Shown: piece after piece, positions 23,723 through 28,557 of the stretch
Layout of the letters: each line of letters starts with the position of its first letter
How positions within the stretch are numbered: the first letter of the stretch is position 1
Source of the DNA: Verrucomicrobiota bacterium
GTDB lineage: Bacteria > Verrucomicrobiota > Verrucomicrobiia > Verrucomicrobiales > DEV007
Direction: 5' to 3'
Length of the DNA stretch: 28,557 bases
NCBI GenBank assembly: GCA_045046875.1
Contig: JASFYY010000005.1
Location: forward strand, 1 to 28,557
The notes under the pieces: model-generated
Told to the model about the DNA's origin: nothing
Seen by the model: only the letters and a program-made list of their open reading frames with translations
The model's database searches: none
Made by a program: the position numbers and the translations under genes

Positions 23723-26245
23723 TCAACGCGGAAGATTTTTCATCTTGTTTTTCCACATTTCCTTGAACCCTTCAGGGTAATCTTTTCCTTTTTTGGCTAA
23801 TTTATGCGCAAGCTCCTGTTCTCCCGTCGCCCAGGCAAAACACACTGCGTTGGCGTAATTCTCCGAATTGGATTTCACTTCTTCCTCCAACAATTCACGA
23901 GCCACCGTCAGCAACCAGGATGAAGAGAATTCCTCCAGAGCCACCTCATTCCCTCCAAAACCCAGATCTACCACCAAATCCGTGCGTGTGGCCGCTGTGA
24001 TTTTAGCCTGCAAAGGGGGTTTTTCCTTACGCAACACATCACCCTCATAAACACCTTCATTCAGCTTACCTATCAATAAGGTTAAAAACGACTCCGCTCT
24101 TTTTACGATATCCATTTCCCCTGCCAACAGCTGCCTACCCAAATCCGTTCCTGCATCCACCATCTGAAATCGAGACGCTGCCTGGGGAAATTCAAAATTA
24201 GCTCCCAAACCTTGCGCCACCTGCTCCACCGCCAGGATTTTTTTCAAATCCTTCATACTTTCGGCATCCAGCGAAGAATCCAAAACCGGCGGTTTATCGC
24301 CTGCCCCTCCGGCCGAGGGGGAACCTCCCGACATCGCCGCACCTCTGTCCGCAGGGGGACCCACCGTCTCGTCACCTCCCGCAGTTGCGGCCACTACCGG
24401 CCGCGGCGCCACCTTGGGCAGTGCCGCCAAACGTTTTTGCTCTTTCTGCAAAACTTGAATGCGAGCGATTCGATCCTCCAATAATTGAGGTGCCGCTCCC
24501 TGGGTCTTCAACTGCTCTTTCGCTGTGTTGAGTTGAATCCGCACCTTGGCCAATTGCGCATCATCCATCGACAAGCGGGGATTAGGCAAATCTTTTAATA
24601 CCTTTCCATCCTGCAGGTAAACTGAAATTTGTTTTTTCAATCCTTCCACCCACGAAGACGGTTCGGGAAACTCTGCCACTTGGAATTGTTTGAAAAAACG
24701 AACAGCCGACTTGAATTGCCCCTGGTTCCAATTTTTCAAGCCAAAAGCCAAATACACCAAGCCCTGTTGCCCCGTTCCCTTACCCAAAGATGTGAATTCA
24801 TCATTGCGAACCGGTAATACATCGTTCAAAGCTTTCCCGCTTTGCTGAAAAAATTCTCCCAACCCGGCGGTTTTCAATCCAGTTTTTTCAGCTTCATTTT
24901 TTGGTGTCAATCCGAGAAAAATTTCCCGCGCCTCTTTTTCATTACCTCGTAAAAGCTGGCACAAACCCAGATTAAATTGCGTCCACGTCCGGGTCGGCTC
25001 TTTCAAATCGCTCGACTTTGAAATTATTTGTAATAGCGCTTGGGCTTTGGCCACCTGGCCCTCCCCCAACATTGCCCGTGCCTCGACATAACTGGCCGCC
25101 GTATTTTGCTCTCCCGCAACCAATACCCGTTCATTACCACCCGAAAGCAAACTGTCATTCAGTTCCTCTTCCTGGTTCTCCATAAAAGCCAGGCTCGCTC
25201 CCGCTATCAACAACACCGCCACACCGGCAGCCACCGCCGGTTTCACCCAGTTGTTTTTTGGCGCCTCCTCACCGTGAATCGTCGTTATAGACGTCGCCGG
25301 TCGCCTACGGCTTCCCAACTTGTTCTCCACTTCAACGATCTCAGTCAACAATTCCTTGTAGTTCTGATGCCTGTCTCCGGGCTTGCGTGCCATCATCCGG
25401 TCGATCAGCTTGCAAGTCCGCTTACGCGCATCGGGAACCGTCTCAATCAACCGAATCGTTTTGGCTTTGATCTTTTTCAGTTCTTCCAGTGACGCCGTAT
25501 TGGCCGCATAGGGCGGCGTGCCACTGATCGCATGAAATAAAGTTGCCCCGAGACTGTAGATATCCCCGCGGAAATCATCCGGCTCTCCATCGAGTTTTTC
25601 AGGCGGCACATAAAAAGGTGTCGCCCACACATCTTCATCCGCATCAAAATGGCCGGTCTGAACCGCCAAGCCAAAATCCACCAGCTTGGCCCGGCCGTCA
25701 GAAGTCAGCAAAATATTACCGGGTTTGATGTCGCGATGGATCAAGCCCGCTTTATACGCCGCATACAAACCACTGGTGACGTCATGCGCAATCTGCAGCA
25801 CCTTGAGTTGCGGCACCCGGTCGTCATTGGTGATCATCTCCTCCAAACTGACATTATCCACCAGCTCCATGGCGATGAAAAAATAACCGTAGTCCGAACC
25901 CACCGTATAGACCTTCACCACATTCGGATGATTAACCGAAGCCGTGGTCTTGGCCTCACGCTCAAAAGAAGCGGTCAGTTTTTCATCCCGGCTCAGCTCC
26001 TTGTGCAATACCTTCAGTGCCACCGAACGTCCCAAAGTTTCGTCCCTCGCCAAAAAAACCTGACTCATGCCCCCTTCCCCCAACAACCTCTGGATATGGT
26101 ATTGCCCCAGCGCCGTGCGCACCCGGATACTGCTTTTGCAATGCGGGCACTCGATCTTCGCGTAGGGAGGTTGGCTCGACACATCGATCCCCTCCCCACA
26201 CTCCGGGCAGGCGTTAATCAGTGGTCCCTGTTCTTGCGTGGGCAT
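23723..26245 (-). CDS. Hanks-type Ser/Thr protein kinase with N-terminal zinc ribbon, one TM helix and a large helical/TPR-like C-terminal region
   Basis: CPEC-x17-CPHC; LGEGGMSQV, VALK, HRDIKPGN, DFG, TPFYVPPE, DIYSLG; TM AVAAGVAVLLIAGASLAF; ATG 26245 preferred over 26281. Confidence 0.92.
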   Translation of the reverse strand: MPTQEQGPLINACPECGEGIDVSSQPPYAKIECPHCKSSIRVRTALGQYHIQRLLGEGGMSQVFLARDETLGRSVALKVLHKELSRDEKLTASFEREAKTTASVNHPNVVKVYTVGSDYGYFFIAMELVDNVSLEEMITNDDRVPQLKVLQIAHDVTSGLYAAYKAGLIHRDIKPGNILLTSDGRAKLVDFGLAVQTGHFDADEDVWATPFYVPPEKLDGEPDDFRGDIYSLGATLFHAISGTPPYAANTASLEELKKIKAKTIRLIETVPDARKRTCKLIDRMMARKPGDRHQNYKELLTEIVEVENKLGSRRRPATSITTIHGEEAPKNNWVKPAVAAGVAVLLIAGASLAFMENQEEELNDSLLSGGNERVLVAGEQNTAASYVEARAMLGEGQVAKAQALLQIISKSSDLKEPTRTWTQFNLGLCQLLRGNEKEAREIFLGLTPKNEAEKTGLKTAGLGEFFQQSGKALNDVLPVRNDEFTSLGKGTGQQGLVYLAFGLKNWNQGQFKSAVRFFKQFQVAEFPEPSSWVEGLKKQISVYLQDGKVLKDLPNPRLSMDDAQLAKVRIQLNTAKEQLKTQGAAPQLLEDRIARIQVLQKEQKRLAALPKVAPRPVVAATAGGDETVGPPADRGAAMSGGSPSAGGAGDKPPVLDSSLDAESMKDLKKILAVEQVAQGLGANFEFPQAASRFQMVDAGTDLGRQLLAGEMDIVKRAESFLTLLIGKLNEGVYEGDVLRKEKPPLQAKITAATRTDLVVDLGFGGNEVALEEFSSSWLLTVARELLEEEVKSNSENYANAVCFAWATGEQELAHKLAKKGKDYPEGFKEMWKNKMKNLPR

Positions 26246-26304
26246 GCGAGCGAAGCTAACATCTTCATGCTTGAATATCAATCATTCAAACGCTGATAAA
26301 TAAA

Positions 26305-27258
26305 ATGGACGAATCCACGGAATATCAATTTTTAATCTCATCAAAATCAGGTGCAGGAGACCGTCTCGATCGGTTTCTGGCGGCGCAATTGGCGCACCTT
26401 TCCCGCTCCCGGCTGCAGCAGCTCATCCGCGATGAAAACGTGCAAGTCGACGGTCAGACCAGCAAGCCCAAAGCCAGATTAACCCCGGGAAGCACCGTCA
26501 GCGTCTCCATCCCCGCCCCCGTGCCACTCGCCGAGGTCGAGCCGCAGGACATCCCCTTGCAGGTGATCTACGAAGACCAGGATTTTATCGTCATCAACAA
26601 AGCCCACGGAATCGTCGTCCACCCGGCTGCCGGCAATCCCGACGGCACCTTGGTCAATGCCCTGTTGCACCATTGCCAAGGTGAACTTTCCGGCATCGGC
26701 GGCGTCCAACGACCCGGCATCGTGCATCGTCTCGACAAAGATACCAGCGGCTGTCTGGTGGCGGCAAAAAATGATGCCGCCCATCAGGAAATCAGCCGCC
26801 AGTTTGCCGACCGCGAAACCACCAAAATTTATCATTGTGTGGTGCAGGGCATCCCAGTTCGAAACAACGGTTCAATAGAAAACCACATCGGCCGTCATCC
26901 GGTCAATCGTCAAAAAATGGCCGTGCTCGAAGCCCCCAAAGGAAAACACGCCCACACCGATTACAAAATCCTCCGGACGTCAAAAGACGACGCTGATCAA
27001 AATGACAAGCAACCCGCCTGGGCATTGATCGAATGTCATCTACACACCGGCAGAACCCACCAAATCCGCGTCCACATGAAATCCCTGAGCTGCCCCATTC
27101 TCGGCGACGAAATTTACGCCCAGATCTCCCGCCAGCAACCCAAAGTAGAACGCATGTTACTGCACGCCAGCCACTTAGGATTCACCCACCCCCGCAGCAA
27201 AGAAGCACTTACCTTCACCGCCCCTCTACCCAAAGCCTTCTCAGCCTATAGCCTATAG
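26305..27258 (+). CDS. rluD: RluA-family 23S rRNA pseudouridine synthase with S4 domain (RluD-like)
   Basis: RLDRFLA...SRSRLQQLI (S4), INKAHGIVVHP, GIVHRLDKDTSG (catalytic Asp), TGRTHQIRVH, LHA. Confidence 0.9.
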   Translation: MDESTEYQFLISSKSGAGDRLDRFLAAQLAHLSRSRLQQLIRDENVQVDGQTSKPKARLTPGSTVSVSIPAPVPLAEVEPQDIPLQVIYEDQDFIVINKAHGIVVHPAAGNPDGTLVNALLHHCQGELSGIGGVQRPGIVHRLDKDTSGCLVAAKNDAAHQEISRQFADRETTKIYHCVVQGIPVRNNGSIENHIGRHPVNRQKMAVLEAPKGKHAHTDYKILRTSKDDADQNDKQPAWALIECHLHTGRTHQIRVHMKSLSCPILGDEIYAQISRQQPKVERMLLHASHLGFTHPRSKEALTFTAPLPKAFSAYSL

Positions 27259-27269
27259 CCTATAGCCTA
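27243..27269. repeat. Perfect heptamer tandem repeat (AGCCTAT)x3 + AGCCTA
   Basis: Read directly; spans the stop codons of the convergent rluD and mscS genes. Confidence 0.9.
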
Positions 27270-28535
27270 ATCAGCTACAGCCTTCCCCACCACATGCACA
27301 TCCTGCTGTGGATATGGAATAGAAATCCCCGCCTCGTCAAAAGCCTCCTTCACTTGGAGGGTGACATCCCAATACACCTCCCAGTAGTCAGCGGTTTTTG
27401 CCCACGGACGAACCACAAAATTGATCGATGAATCGGCCAATTCATTCACCCTGACGACAGACTCAGGATGATTCAAAATCAGTTCGTGTTTTTTGAGGAT
27501 CCCCTCCAAAATAGATTGGGCCTGGTTCAAATCATCGTCATAACCCACCCCAAAGACCAAATCCACCCGCCGGGTTCCCTTGGCCGATACATTAGTGATC
27601 ACGTCATTCCAGATTTTACCATTGGGAATGATCACCTGTTGATTGTCCGGAGTTTTTAAAATCGTCGCCACCAGGCTCAGCGATTCCACCGTACCGGAAA
27701 CCCCCGCCGCTTTGATATAATGCCCCACATCAAAAGGACGGTAGAACAAAATCATCAAACCCGCGGCAAAGTTGCCCAACGAATCTTTCAAGGCAAAACC
27801 AATCACAAAACCCGCACCGCCGATGGCCGCAATCATTGGCCCGATATCCACCCCCAGATAAGCCAAGCCCACCACAATACCTACAACCAAGGCCAGACGG
27901 CGAATACTGTGAACCAAAAAAGAACGCAACAGATCCGAAGTCTGCCCGGCACGATCCAAGGCTTTACCCAAAGCGCCCGAACCAATGCGGCCAATCAATG
28001 AAGCCGCGATCACACAGAGCGCAAACAAACCGAGTGATTTCAACAGCTTCACCCCACCCTGTGGAGAGGATATCCAGTTTTTCATCACCATCAGCACCGT
28101 GGTCGCTCCGCCGCTAGTAGGAATACCACCCACACTGCTGATATACAGCTCTGCCGCCGCCGTATCCACGCCCTTGCTATCAGCTACCGTCACCACCTGC
28201 TGCACCCTCTCAATCATCGCCGATTTCTCCTCATCGAGCCGGACCACCTTTTTGTTATTTTCAGCGGCATCAGCCTTTTTTCCAGGATCCGCCAAAGCCA
28301 GCTCCACCTGACTCAACTGCGACGTTTTGCCCTGCAGCAAATTCAACCAAGCCGACAGCTCAACCCCCAACTCATCCGCAGACAGAGGCCGCAACAACAG
28401 CTTCAGCGAAGTCAGCGCAATCTCTGGATCAGCCACACTGGCCGCTTGATAGGATTTCGCCTCACCCTTACCGACCGGCTCTTGAGCCCTGGAAGTCGGC
28501 AAACAGGCAAAACTGATAAAAAGAACCAGCAACAA
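27267..28535 (-). CDS. mscS: Small-conductance mechanosensitive channel (MscS family) with N-terminal periplasmic helical domain; possibly 5'-truncated by the window edge
   Basis: IGFALKDSLGNFAAGLMILFYRPFDVGHYI, IPNGKIW, RRVDLVFGVGY, ISIPYPQQDVH; the frame stays open to the window end, so the true start may lie outside. Confidence 0.9.
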   Translation of the reverse strand: MLLVLFISFACLPTSRAQEPVGKGEAKSYQAASVADPEIALTSLKLLLRPLSADELGVELSAWLNLLQGKTSQLSQVELALADPGKKADAAENNKKVVRLDEEKSAMIERVQQVVTVADSKGVDTAAAELYISSVGGIPTSGGATTVLMVMKNWISSPQGGVKLLKSLGLFALCVIAASLIGRIGSGALGKALDRAGQTSDLLRSFLVHSIRRLALVVGIVVGLAYLGVDIGPMIAAIGGAGFVIGFALKDSLGNFAAGLMILFYRPFDVGHYIKAAGVSGTVESLSLVATILKTPDNQQVIIPNGKIWNDVITNVSAKGTRRVDLVFGVGYDDDLNQAQSILEGILKKHELILNHPESVVRVNELADSSINFVVRPWAKTADYWEVYWDVTLQVKEAFDEAGISIPYPQQDVHVVGKAVAD

Positions 28536-28557
28536 TGATTTCCAATTCCAGCTACAA

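Overview
A gene-dense bacterial chromosomal segment with 24 credible protein-coding genes and one tRNA. The gene families point to the PVC superphylum, most likely Verrucomicrobia (inference from two Cys-type sulfatases, an SHD1-like secreted protein, a zinc-ribbon Ser/Thr kinase and a eukaryote-type UDP-GlcNAc pyrophosphorylase). The left end holds a housekeeping block on the minus strand (rpmE-prfA-prmC-murA) and tRNA-Thr(CGT). The middle holds envelope and accessory genes: a GT-C glycosyltransferase, two sulfatases, a GAF protein, a PQQ/BamB-like lipoprotein, a TIM-barrel protein, an ECF sigma factor, proC, the UAP1-like pyrophosphorylase and a TlpA thiol oxidoreductase. The right end holds a tightly packed minus-strand operon followed by rluD and mscS. 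That operon is the best candidate for an undescribed system: a zinc-ribbon membrane Ser/Thr kinase, an atypical ClpX-like ATPase (no zinc domain, no RKH loop, duplicated C-terminal small domain), a membrane class III nucleotidyl-cyclase homologue with degenerate catalytic residues, and recR. Non-coding signals include an inverted pair of three-hairpin REP-like elements, a 50-bp near-perfect palindrome and possible integrase arm-type repeats next to the tRNA, and several intergenic 7-nt periodic repeats. No CRISPR array, transposase, integrase or prophage gene was seen. All assignments come from motif recognition by eye; no database searches were run.
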